Assembly (NCBI GenBank): GCA_016788625.1
Contig: JAEUQX010000082.1
Coordinates: 1-60,209, forward strand
From: Anaerolineae bacterium
Lineage (GTDB): Bacteria; Chloroflexota; Anaerolineae; Aggregatilineales; Phototrophicaceae
DNA: 60,209 bases
Direction of reading: 5' to 3'
The notes below the pieces were generated by a model that was not told the origin of the DNA, did not search any database, and saw only the letters and a program-made list of their open reading frames with translations. The stretch's first letter is position 1. Each line of letters opens with the position of its first letter. Position numbers and translations under genes: made by a program. Positions 49,907 to 59,439 of the stretch are shown piece by piece.

Positions 49907-52900
49907 TTACACAGGCTGCTCAACCGGCAGTTCGATATAGAACGTTGTCCCTTTACCCGTTTCCGAGTCAAACCAGATGCTGCCGTTGTGCCGCTCGACC
50001 AGTTCCTTGACAATCGAAAGTCCCAACCCCGTGCCGGGCACATCCATGACCAGCGCGTGGTCTTCGTAGCGCTCGAAGCGCCCCCAGATGCGATCACGGA
50101 ACTCTTCCGGAATGCCGATACCCGTGTCCTTGACCGAGATCAGCACGCGCTTGTCGCCACCCGTCAGGCCAGCCTTCACCTCAATACTACCACCAGCGTA
50201 GGTGTAGTTAAATGCGTTGTCGAGGATGTTGGTGATGATCTGCGTCAGCTTGTGCGCGTCGGCTTCGATGGGCGGCAGCGCGGGTTCGATTTCCAGCGAC
50301 AGGTTCATCTGCTTGTGTTCATGTTCCGCGCGCGCCTCCACTGCCGCCAGCGCGTTAGGGATCAGTTCGCCCAGATCGACAATTTCGACGTTCAGCCGCT
50401 CGCCCGCGTCGATCTTGGAGATGTTCAGCAGGTCGTTGACCAACTGGCTGAGGCGGTCGGCGTTGCCCTTGATCTTCAGCAGGAAGTCCTTCTGCGGGTC
50501 GCTCACCTGCCCGGCCACGCCCATCAGCAGCAGGTCGGCGAAACCCTTGATGCTGGTCATCGGTGTACGCAGTTCGTGCGAGACGTTGGAGACGAACTGG
50601 CTCTTCACGCGGTCAACTTCGACTTCCTTGGTGATGTCACGGAAGACCGAGACCGTGCCCAGGAAGCGTTCGCCCGTATACACGGGTGAGAGATGCACGC
50701 TGACGACGCGCTTGCCCAGATCGAGCGTCTCTTCCAGGTATTCACCCGGCTTGTAGCTGTCCGGGTCCTGCGCCCACTTGTCAATCGCTACCGTCCAGTC
50801 ATCTGCCGAACCGCCGAACAGACCGGTCAGCTTGAACATCGTCTGCCCGATGACCTGATCGCGCGGCAGTTCCAGGATGCGCTCAGCAGCCTGATTGAAC
50901 AATACGATCGCGCCCTCGGAATCCGCCAGCATCACGCCGTCGGCGATACTTTCGACGATAGCCGAGTTCTTTTCCGCTTCTTCCTGTTCCACGCGCACCA
51001 GCGTACCGAGCCGTTCAGCCTGATCGCGGATGAGGTGATACAGATCGGCGTTGTTAATCGCGGAGGCCACCTGGTTAGCGGCAGCGACCACCAGCTTCAA
51101 CTGCACTTCGCTAAAAGCAAACTTCTGCGTGCTGAGCATGACGAGAACGCCCTGCGGGTCATCGTTGCTCTCCAGCAGCACGGCCAGCCCGCTGCCCCAC
51201 CGCGCCGCTCCGGGGAAGCTCATGTCCCAATACGCCGCCTGTTCCAGATCAGGCACCATCACGGTACGCTCGTTTTGCAGCAGCCAGTTGGCGAGCATCT
51301 CCGCCGGGTGCGACTCGCCCGCCGCGTTGTACAGCCCGGCGCGGGTCACCAAGCGGTCGGAGAGCGGGTCGAGCAGCAGGATCAGGCCGTCTTCCGCGTT
51401 GATCGCCCCGGCCACCATCTCCAGCGCGCGGCGCAGCACGCGATCCATATCGAGCGAGCGCGCCAGTTCGGAGGTGATGCGGTAGAGCGTGTCGAGGCGG
51501 TCACGTTCGCGCTGAAGTTCGAGCGTGCGTTCTTCGACGCGCTCGTTCAGTTCGTCGGCAAAGTTGCTGATCTGCTGGAACATGCGGGCGTTCTGCATCG
51601 CCGCGCCCAACTGCGTGCCCACCGTCGTCAGCAAGCGCTCGTCGTTGATGCCGAAGGCGCGCGCGTTTTTCGTGTCGCGCACCGCCAGCACGCCCAGGAC
51701 CTGATCGCCGGAGGCCACCGGCACGCCCAGGTAGCTGCGAATGTCGCCCTCGCCGTTGCTCACATTCAGGTTGCGGCGCATCTCGTCCGAGCTGAAGTTG
51801 CCGCCGCCCAGCACCAGCGAACGGCGGTGCTTGATGATGAATGAAATTTCGTCGGTGTTCAGCGCGCGCGGCGGGATAGCGAAGTCTTCCCCGTTCCGCA
51901 CCGCGACCGGGAAATCGATCATCTGCGAGGCGGGGTCGTAGAGCGCCAGATACAGTTCTTCGGCGTCCGTCACGCGCGGGATGTTATCGCGCACGATGCT
52001 GATCATGTCATCAATCGTCAGCGTCGAGGCAATCGCCTGGCTGAGATTGTTGATGATGAAGCCCTCTTCCACCAGCGCGGCGGTCTCGGTCGAGAGGCGC
52101 GCATTCTGGATGGCGATGGCGGCCTGTGCGCCCAGCGCCTGCGCCAGCCGTACCTCGCGGTGGCTGAACGCCCGGTGCTGCGCATTCAACTGCGCCTGAA
52201 GCAGACCGATGGCCTGATCGCGCACCACCAGCGGGATGAGCACCCGCAGCGACGCGCCATGCTGCCGCAGTTCCTCCGCTTCTTCGCTGTCCGTCTGTGT
52301 CGAACGCACGACGACGATCTCGCGCTCGTTCAGCACGCGCCGCTTGGTGACATACTGGCGCAGGTTGTAGATGCTGCCCTGTGGCGCGACCTGGTTGGTT
52401 TCGTCGCCGCGCCCCATGTCCATCATCACTTCCAGCGTATTCTGCACGTTGTCCCACAGCATCGCCGCGCAGTCGTCCATGTCCAGCGCGTGCAAAATCA
52501 GTTCGCACACGCTGCGATACGCGCCTTCCAGATTGAGCGTCAGCGAGGTGGCCTGCGCCGCTTCCAGCAGCGTCTCCAGTTCGCGCGTGCGGACGAGCGT
52601 CTGTTCCAGCAGGTTGGTATTCTGCACCGCGATGGCCGCCTGATTGGCGATGATCATGCCCAGGTCAACCTGTTCAGCGGTGAAACTGCGGGGTTGGTCA
52701 GGAACTTCCAGTTCGAACGCACCGATGGCCTGCCCGCCAACCGTCATCGGGATCATGGCGTAGGCTCGCACATGACGCTTGGTCAGATCAAGGCGCAGCA
52801 CGTCGTTTTCTGGCAGCGTGTTTACATCCTCGACCAGCAGCGGCCCAGCCGAACGGCGGATGATCTGGTAGGCGGCGTTCTTTTGCAGGTTGATGACTTC

Positions 52901-55900
52901 ATCCGGCGGTGTATCGCCGCGCGGCAGGACGACGACCACGCGCCCGACCTGCAAATCGCGCTCGAAGACCAGCGCGCGCGCATTGGTGATCCCCAGCGAC
53001 TGCGAGATTTCGTGCAGCGCGATCTCCAGAATGTTCTCGCTGTCCAACGACTGCGCCAGCGAGACCGAGACGCGGTTGAGCAGCCCCAGGCGTTCGGTGC
53101 GGTGCTGCGCTTCGGTGTAGAGCGTGGCGTTCGCCAGCGCGATAGCCACCTGGTTGGCGAAGGCGAAGGCTGCCTGTTCCGACTGGTCATCATAGGCGCG
53201 GGCTTCCTGCCGCGAGAGCGCGATCACGCCGACGACATTCTGCTGGTTGACCAGCGGCACGCCCAACCAGCTTTTTGTGCCATGCTCACCGGGCAGCGCG
53301 TCCCAGCCTTGCAGGTTGCTGATCGAATAGGGCGTCTTGCGCTCGACCAGCGTCCGCAGTCGTTCGTGGCTGGCAATCCCGATGGTGACGTCCTGACCCT
53401 GCACATCGCCGTTGAAGCCGCGCTGCCCTTCTAAGAGCAGCGTGTCACCGCTGCGGCTCCAGATGGTCATCGTGTCGTAGGGGATGACGCGCCCCATTTC
53501 GTCCAGCGCCAGGTTGATCACCGCGTCGCGGTCGAGCGAGGCTGTGATGCGGCTGGAGACTTCCGTCAGCACGGAAAGCTGCGTCGCCCGCGCTTCCAGG
53601 TCGCGCTCCAAAATCGCGCGGTCGCTGACATCTTCGACCAGCAGCACGACGCCGCTGACGCTGTTGGTGCTGCGCAACGGGTAGAGGTAGAAGTTGCGAA
53701 CTGTAAGGCGGTCGCCTTCCTGGTAGGTGTTCTGGCCGATGCGTTCGCGCGGTTTGCCCGTCTCCAGCACGGCGTACAGATCATCCTTGAGCAGCGCCGC
53801 CAGGTCGGGGCGATAGGCGAAGAGGTCGCGATGCTGCGCTTCCTGCTCGTTCCAGCCGTAGCGCTGGTGCATGAACTCGTTCATCGAGAGGATGCGCCCG
53901 GAACGATCCAGCACGACGATGCCCTGCTGAATCGATTCGACCACCGATTCGGTGAAAACCTGCAGGTTGAGCGCCTGATTGAACAAGCGCGCGTTCTGCA
54001 TGGCGACCGAAGCGAAGTTCGAGAGGCGCTTAAGCATCGGGCGGTACTCTTCAAAGCCGAAGCTCTGCGCCAGGTCGCTGCCAAAGTGAATCGCGCCCAG
54101 CGTCACGCCGCCCGCCACCAGCGGGATGATCAGCGTGGCCGTCTCGCCCTGCGCGTGCCACTCCTGCAAATCCTGATACTGTGCCACCGCCGTGTCGCCC
54201 GCGTAGTACAGCGCGTCCTGGCCGTCGGTCATTGCCCGCATCAGCGCGGTATTATCCAGACTGCTGCGCTGCTCGCGCACCGGGGTGAGCGTGCCATCAC
54301 CGCGCGTATCGACGCGAATGATGTCGAAGCCGTTCTGCTCTGGCGTCACCAGCGCGACGCTCATGCTGTTGAACGGCACCAGCCGCAGCGCGCCATAGGC
54401 CGTCGACTCGACGATTTCCACGATATCAAGCGTGCTGGTGACGGTTTCCATCACCTCATTCAGCCGCGCTTCCTGCTCGGCGTTCTCCACGCTCGCCAGG
54501 TACAGCCGGATGTTCTCCATCTGCGCAGCGGCCTGATGCGCGAAGATTTCCAATACTTCCATCGTGCTGCGGTCGGGGCGCAGCCCATCCTGTGGACGGT
54601 CGAAGGTCATCAGACCCAGGATGTTGCCACCCGGCCCCATCAGCGGCACGAGCAGCAGATCACCTTCCTGCCAGGCTTTCGGCTCTTCCAGCGGGTTCAG
54701 CGAGCGCTTGCCAGGGAAATCTGTACGCAGCGCCTCTAACTGCGGCACACTCCACCGTTCGCGTCCTTCCACCGGGAAGAAGTACGACTCACTGATCTGG
54801 TAGGCCGGCTGCAGGAGCTGCTTGACGTGCTCCATGCTGATCGTCAGCGGGCGTGTGCTCTCGAAGATGTCCAGCGGCATCCCCACCTGCACGACGCGGC
54901 GCAGCGTCCCGGCGTATTCATCGACCAGTGAAACCATGCCCAGGTCGAAGCCGACGCTTTGCTGGATGCTGTAGAGAATAGCCTCCAGCAGCGAAATCTG
55001 GTCGATGTTGCCCTGGAGCATCTGCCCCAGCTCGTAAATCTGGCTCAACTGGTCGATGCGCTTACGCAGGCGCGCGCTGCGTTCCAACTGTTCGTTGAAG
55101 CGCCGCCCGTTGCCATAACCCAGCGAGGCTTTGGCCGCCAGCGTCATCAGGAAGGCCGCCGCGCGATCATCGAAGTGGTTGGCGTCGGTGTGGAACAGGT
55201 GAATCACACCAACCAGTTTGTCTTCGTAGAGGAAGGCCGCCGCGATCGCCGAACGCGCGAAGGGCGGCTGCGGCGTCATCTCGGATGTGGCGTAATTGCT
55301 GACCAGCACAGGGGTCGCGCCGCGGTTGACGGCCTCGATTTCGATGTCGGTCAGCAGCGGTATCAGGTTCTTTTCGCCGATACGGATGTCCATCTCGGCC
55401 ACATCCGCCTGTCGCCACTGATCCTGCGGCCTGAGCAGGGCAATCGTGCTGCCGCTTGCGCCCGTCGCCCGCGCCGCCTCATGACGAATGACATCCAGGA
55501 TGTATTCCAGGTCGAGGCGCTGCGCCAGTTCGTTGCTGATGTTGGAGATGGCGTCCAGTTCCTGCAAGCGCCGGCGCAGGTTCTGCCCCTGCGCTTCGAT
55601 CAGCCGCAGCCGCTCGACGGTGGCGGCGATCTGCGAGGCGATGGCGCTCATCAGTTCCACGTCGTCTTCGGTGTATGGGGCGTCCGTGCGGTTGGCGATG
55701 CCCAGTTCGCCCAGGCTGTGATCGCCAAGCACGAGCGGCACCAGCACCGCACTGGTCAGCCCAAAGCGCTGCGCATTCGTGCGGTAGGTTTCCAGCACGC
55801 GCGAGTCGTCCTTCAGATCGTTGCTCATGAACGGCTCGTGCGAAAGCGCCACGCTCTGTTCAAAGTGCTTGCTGTAGATGTCGAAAACGACCGGTTCGTG

Positions 55901-58084
55901 CAGTTCCGTGCCATACACCCAACGGGGATAGGTGATCAGGCTGCCCGTCTGCTGATCCAACACGTTGATGTAGACAATCGGGCTGCGCGTCAGCATCGAG
56001 ATTTCGGCCAGCACGGGCGTGAAACTGTCTTCTGGCGTCATCACCGCGCCCGCCAGCTCGACCACCTGCCGCAGCCGGGTAGCTTCCGCCGCCGCGCGTT
56101 CGGTGTCGCGCAGCAGCCGCGCATTCTCGATGATCGCCGCCGCCTGCGTGGCGAAGATCAGCAGAAGCTGCGCGTCTTTATCGGTGAAATCTTCGCCGTT
56201 GAGCTTGTTGGAAGCCTGTACCACGCCGATCTCGCGCCCGCCGACGGACAGCTTGGCGAGCAGCGTCTTCTGCACGCCGAGCTTGCTGGCATAATCCGCC
56301 AACCCCGCAGCGTGAACCACCGCATCGGTTTGCGCGCGGTTGCTGATCCAGTATTCGGACTCATCCCAGAGCGCGGCCAGCGGGCTGCCCGGCTCCAGGT
56401 TGATCACGTAATTACGCACATCATCATCGGCCAACCCATAGAAAGGCAGCCGGCTGGTGAGGCGGCGCTGCGAAGCATCGTAAAGCAGGATGCCGCACAT
56501 GCCAATGCCCATCAGCTTGGCGATGCTTTCGGTGATCGCGGAATAGAACTCACCTTCGCGGTTGAGCGAGCCAATCGCCTGAGTGATCTCGCGCAGGCCG
56601 CTCAGTTCGGTGTCGCGCTGCTGCTCCTGCTGGAACAGGCGCAGGTTTTCCACGACGATCGACGCCTGCGAGACCAACAGCCGCATCTCACGAATGTCCT
56701 GAGCGCTGAAGCCCCCGGCAGCGCGCTTGTTGCTGATCTGCATCATGCCGATACGCCGTTTGCCGATTTCCAGCGGCAGCAGCGCCATGCTGCGCACGCC
56801 GGATACGGCGAACAGTTCCTTCAGCCCCAGCGCCTCGATTAACGAGCTGTCCGCGACATCGTTCGTCACCCAGTACGATTGCGACTCCCAGATATCGCGC
56901 TGTGGGCTGTCTGGCGGCAGAGCAATGATGATCTTCTGCGCGGCGCTGTCGGGCAGACCATGGAAAGGCAGCTCCGGCAGCAGGGCGCGGCGCTTGTCGT
57001 CGTAGAGCAGCACCCCCACCACGCCCGCAGAAATCAGGCGGGCGATGCGCTCATTCAGCGCGCGGTAGACGGCGCGGTTATCGATCTGACCGCTCTCGTT
57101 TTGCGTCGGCACGTCGGGCAGCGTCGCCATCTCGGTGATACGCTGCGACTGATCGCCGTAAAGCTGCGCGTTGTAAATCGCCGTCGCAATCTGTTTGCTG
57201 ATCGCCTGGAGCAGCGCCAGATCAGCCTGCCCGAAGCGGTTCGGGCGTGCGTCGCCCAGTTCGAAGGTACCGATGAAGCGGCTGCCCAGCGAGAGCGGCA
57301 CGCCCACATAACTCTTGAAGTAACCGGGGATCTTAGGCTGAACAGTGCTGCCATCGTAAATGCTGGCGACCAGGACGGGCTTACGGTGCTGGGCGATCCA
57401 TCCGGTGATGCCCTCGCCGGGACGGTAGCCGCTGCCGTTCTCTTGCAGCTTGATCAGATAGGCCGAGTCGCCCACCCAACCTTCCGGCAGCAATATCTTC
57501 CGGGACTCGTCCCACAAACAGATTTCGCCCGCGTCGGCGCTGACCACCTTCATGACGATCGCCAGCAGCGCCTGATGCACCTGCTGTACGCTCATGCTGG
57601 CGTTGACTGTCTCGCCAATCTCGTTGATCGTGTGCATCGCCAGGGAAAGATCGAGCGCATCGGGAGACGTGGTGTTGGCGCTCAGTTCGCGCAGCACGAC
57701 CACGCGGCGCACTTCGTCCTCCGTAGGGATATTGTGCGACGACGCCTCCACCCAACGCGCGCCAAGCTGGAACGAGGCCTGACCTTCGCCCGCGAACAAA
57801 TCCAGGAAGCTGTCCACAGGCTGTGCCTGCCGGGCAATGTATTCCAGGTTCGGCTCGCCCCCGTTCAGGCCGAGCATCTTGCGCGCGCGCTCGTTGATGT
57901 AGATCAGTTGGCCGTGTTCGCGCGAGACCAGCACGGCCTCATCGCTGGCGGCCAGCGGCAGATTGCTCATCGCCTGCTGCTCGGCATTTGGCACGATACC
58001 GAGTTGTTCGCGCTGCCGCAGCCAGAAGTATAAACCGACGATGATCAACAGCCCGCCGATGAATAAGATCAACCCCAGTCCCAT
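49907..58084 (-). CDS. Giant sensor histidine kinase: N-terminal TM, about 12 GAF, 3 PAS, HisKA, HATPase
   Basis: Repeated GAF ends (AxAIxNARL-type) counted 12 times by eye; PAS ends VEDVS and FRDIT; SHELRTP H-box; NILDNAFNY, DTGIGI, GTGLGL. Confidence 0.93.
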   Translation of the reverse strand: MGLGLILFIGGLLIIVGLYFWLRQREQLGIVPNAEQQAMSNLPLAASDEAVLVSREHGQLIYINERARKMLGLNGGEPNLEYIARQAQPVDSFLDLFAGEGQASFQLGARWVEASSHNIPTEDEVRRVVVLRELSANTTSPDALDLSLAMHTINEIGETVNASMSVQQVHQALLAIVMKVVSADAGEICLWDESRKILLPEGWVGDSAYLIKLQENGSGYRPGEGITGWIAQHRKPVLVASIYDGSTVQPKIPGYFKSYVGVPLSLGSRFIGTFELGDARPNRFGQADLALLQAISKQIATAIYNAQLYGDQSQRITEMATLPDVPTQNESGQIDNRAVYRALNERIARLISAGVVGVLLYDDKRRALLPELPFHGLPDSAAQKIIIALPPDSPQRDIWESQSYWVTNDVADSSLIEALGLKELFAVSGVRSMALLPLEIGKRRIGMMQISNKRAAGGFSAQDIREMRLLVSQASIVVENLRLFQQEQQRDTELSGLREITQAIGSLNREGEFYSAITESIAKLMGIGMCGILLYDASQRRLTSRLPFYGLADDDVRNYVINLEPGSPLAALWDESEYWISNRAQTDAVVHAAGLADYASKLGVQKTLLAKLSVGGREIGVVQASNKLNGEDFTDKDAQLLLIFATQAAAIIENARLLRDTERAAAEATRLRQVVELAGAVMTPEDSFTPVLAEISMLTRSPIVYINVLDQQTGSLITYPRWVYGTELHEPVVFDIYSKHFEQSVALSHEPFMSNDLKDDSRVLETYRTNAQRFGLTSAVLVPLVLGDHSLGELGIANRTDAPYTEDDVELMSAIASQIAATVERLRLIEAQGQNLRRRLQELDAISNISNELAQRLDLEYILDVIRHEAARATGASGSTIALLRPQDQWRQADVAEMDIRIGEKNLIPLLTDIEIEAVNRGATPVLVSNYATSEMTPQPPFARSAIAAAFLYEDKLVGVIHLFHTDANHFDDRAAAFLMTLAAKASLGYGNGRRFNEQLERSARLRKRIDQLSQIYELGQMLQGNIDQISLLEAILYSIQQSVGFDLGMVSLVDEYAGTLRRVVQVGMPLDIFESTRPLTISMEHVKQLLQPAYQISESYFFPVEGRERWSVPQLEALRTDFPGKRSLNPLEEPKAWQEGDLLLVPLMGPGGNILGLMTFDRPQDGLRPDRSTMEVLEIFAHQAAAQMENIRLYLASVENAEQEARLNEVMETVTSTLDIVEIVESTAYGALRLVPFNSMSVALVTPEQNGFDIIRVDTRGDGTLTPVREQRSSLDNTALMRAMTDGQDALYYAGDTAVAQYQDLQEWHAQGETATLIIPLVAGGVTLGAIHFGSDLAQSFGFEEYRPMLKRLSNFASVAMQNARLFNQALNLQVFTESVVESIQQGIVVLDRSGRILSMNEFMHQRYGWNEQEAQHRDLFAYRPDLAALLKDDLYAVLETGKPRERIGQNTYQEGDRLTVRNFYLYPLRSTNSVSGVVLLVEDVSDRAILERDLEARATQLSVLTEVSSRITASLDRDAVINLALDEMGRVIPYDTMTIWSRSGDTLLLEGQRGFNGDVQGQDVTIGIASHERLRTLVERKTPYSISNLQGWDALPGEHGTKSWLGVPLVNQQNVVGVIALSRQEARAYDDQSEQAAFAFANQVAIALANATLYTEAQHRTERLGLLNRVSVSLAQSLDSENILEIALHEISQSLGITNARALVFERDLQVGRVVVVLPRGDTPPDEVINLQKNAAYQIIRRSAGPLLVEDVNTLPENDVLRLDLTKRHVRAYAMIPMTVGGQAIGAFELEVPDQPRSFTAEQVDLGMIIANQAAIAVQNTNLLEQTLVRTRELETLLEAAQATSLTLNLEGAYRSVCELILHALDMDDCAAMLWDNVQNTLEVMMDMGRGDETNQVAPQGSIYNLRQYVTKRRVLNEREIVVVRSTQTDSEEAEELRQHGASLRVLIPLVVRDQAIGLLQAQLNAQHRAFSHREVRLAQALGAQAAIAIQNARLSTETAALVEEGFIINNLSQAIASTLTIDDMISIVRDNIPRVTDAEELYLALYDPASQMIDFPVAVRNGEDFAIPPRALNTDEISFIIKHRRSLVLGGGNFSSDEMRRNLNVSNGEGDIRSYLGVPVASGDQVLGVLAVRDTKNARAFGINDERLLTTVGTQLGAAMQNARMFQQISNFADELNERVEERTLELQRERDRLDTLYRITSELARSLDMDRVLRRALEMVAGAINAEDGLILLLDPLSDRLVTRAGLYNAAGESHPAEMLANWLLQNERTVMVPDLEQAAYWDMSFPGAARWGSGLAVLLESNDDPQGVLVMLSTQKFAFSEVQLKLVVAAANQVASAINNADLYHLIRDQAERLGTLVRVEQEEAEKNSAIVESIADGVMLADSEGAIVLFNQAAERILELPRDQVIGQTMFKLTGLFGGSADDWTVAIDKWAQDPDSYKPGEYLEETLDLGKRVVSVHLSPVYTGERFLGTVSVFRDITKEVEVDRVKSQFVSNVSHELRTPMTSIKGFADLLLMGVAGQVSDPQKDFLLKIKGNADRLSQLVNDLLNISKIDAGERLNVEIVDLGELIPNALAAVEARAEHEHKQMNLSLEIEPALPPIEADAHKLTQIITNILDNAFNYTYAGGSIEVKAGLTGGDKRVLISVKDTGIGIPEEFRDRIWGRFERYEDHALVMDVPGTGLGLSIVKELVERHNGSIWFDSETGKGTTFYIELPVEQPV

Positions 58085-58138
58085 GCTTGTCTACCTGTGC
58101 AACTCACCCGACGGATTGGGAGAACAGGGCGTGGGCGT

Positions 58139-59062
58139 TCACCACGACGTTTGAATCGGTGGCAGCGGTTCTGCGCCCAGGCCGCGCCGGCGGTCTTCCG
58201 CCGCCAGTTCGGTGATCTCGCGGATGTCGGACATCTGGTGGGTGGTGTTGGAAACCGAGCCAACCGCCAGGGTCATCAGCGGTTCCTGTCGTTCGCCGTT
58301 GTCGCCGGGTACCAGGATGTAGCCGCGCTCACGGTCGATGAACGAGTAGTGCTGTTTCACAGCATCGTTGAAGCGGTGTACGATGTCCATCTTCACGGCG
58401 TCCACGTCCGGCGCGTGGGTGATGATCACGAAATTGTCGCCGCCCGGATGTCCCAGGAAGTCGTCCGGCGTTCCGACCTCATCGACCACTTCGGCCATCT
58501 TCAGCGCCAGCAGTCGCAGCACTTCGTCGCCCGCCACGAAACCATACAGTTCCTTGAAGGCGTCCAGGTGGTTGATCTTCAGATCGACATAAGCCCAGCT
58601 CTTGCTGCTGTGCATCAGCGCGCGCAGGTGGTCTTCGATCAGACGCCCGGTCGGCAGCCCCGACTTCGGGTCGGTCAGCGCGATACGTTCCGATGCAGCG
58701 ATGGCATTCTGTACGCGCAGCTTGAGTTCTTCGATGTCGAACGGCTTGGTGATATAGTCGTCCGCGCCCAGTTCCAACCCGGCGATCTTGTCGCTGCGTT
58801 CATCTTTCTGCGTCAGGAAGATGATCGGCACATGTTTGGTGCGGTTGTTGGTACGCAGTTCGCGGCACACATCATAGCCGTTCATGTCCGGCAGCATGAT
58901 GTCGAGGATGATCAGGTTGGGGAGCTGCTTGCGCGTCATGTTCAGCGCTTCGCCCCCGCGCGGCGCGATCTGCACTTCATATTGCAGCCCGCTGAAGTAA
59001 ATCCGAAGCATATTCGAAATGTCGAAATCGTCTTCGACGACGAGAATCCGTTTATTTTTCAT
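58139..59062 (-). CDS. Response regulator with degenerate GGDEF domain (GGDNF)
   Basis: ILVVEDD, ILDIMLP, YITKPF; TDPKSGLP, YGFVAGDEVL, GHPGGDNF. Confidence 0.88.
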   Translation of the reverse strand: MKNKRILVVEDDFDISNMLRIYFSGLQYEVQIAPRGGEALNMTRKQLPNLIILDIMLPDMNGYDVCRELRTNNRTKHVPIIFLTQKDERSDKIAGLELGADDYITKPFDIEELKLRVQNAIAASERIALTDPKSGLPTGRLIEDHLRALMHSSKSWAYVDLKINHLDAFKELYGFVAGDEVLRLLALKMAEVVDEVGTPDDFLGHPGGDNFVIITHAPDVDAVKMDIVHRFNDAVKQHYSFIDRERGYILVPGDNGERQEPLMTLAVGSVSNTTHQMSDIREITELAAEDRRRGLGAEPLPPIQTSW

Positions 59063-59330
59063 GCCTTTGCCCTCGCCGTTCCTTCCGTCTTAGGACGCCG
59101 AAATTATGCGTATCATCATACAAGTGAACCGCGTTTCCTGCCAGCACACCGTGTATCAGGTTGAGATATTTAAACCATTGTCCTGTGCAGTGTTCGTGCA
59201 GGGACACGCCGCATGACATCCGTTGGGCAATCTGTGCCGCAACACACAGACCTCTATCAAAGTATAGTGCAGAATCGCGCTGCTTGGATTTAGAAAGGCG
59301 CGATTACGGTGCTAAGTATCTATCTCGCAA

Positions 59331-59366
59331 CCTCACCCCCAGCCCCTCTCCTTGTGGAAAGGGGAG
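59331..59366. repeat. Family-2 palindromic repeat
   Basis: cctcacccccagcccctctccttgtggaaaggggag. Confidence 0.6.
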
Positions 59367-59439
59367 CAAAACACAAGGTCCGGATGGCAAGAGCAAGGGC
59401 TTGCGGATAGGTTCTAAGCGGTCATTCGGAGGATGCGCT

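Noticed and set aside
49988-59164. Multiple 230-630 aa plus-strand ORFs opposite the giant kinase and regulator
   Set aside because: Antisense shadows with no independent coding signal.
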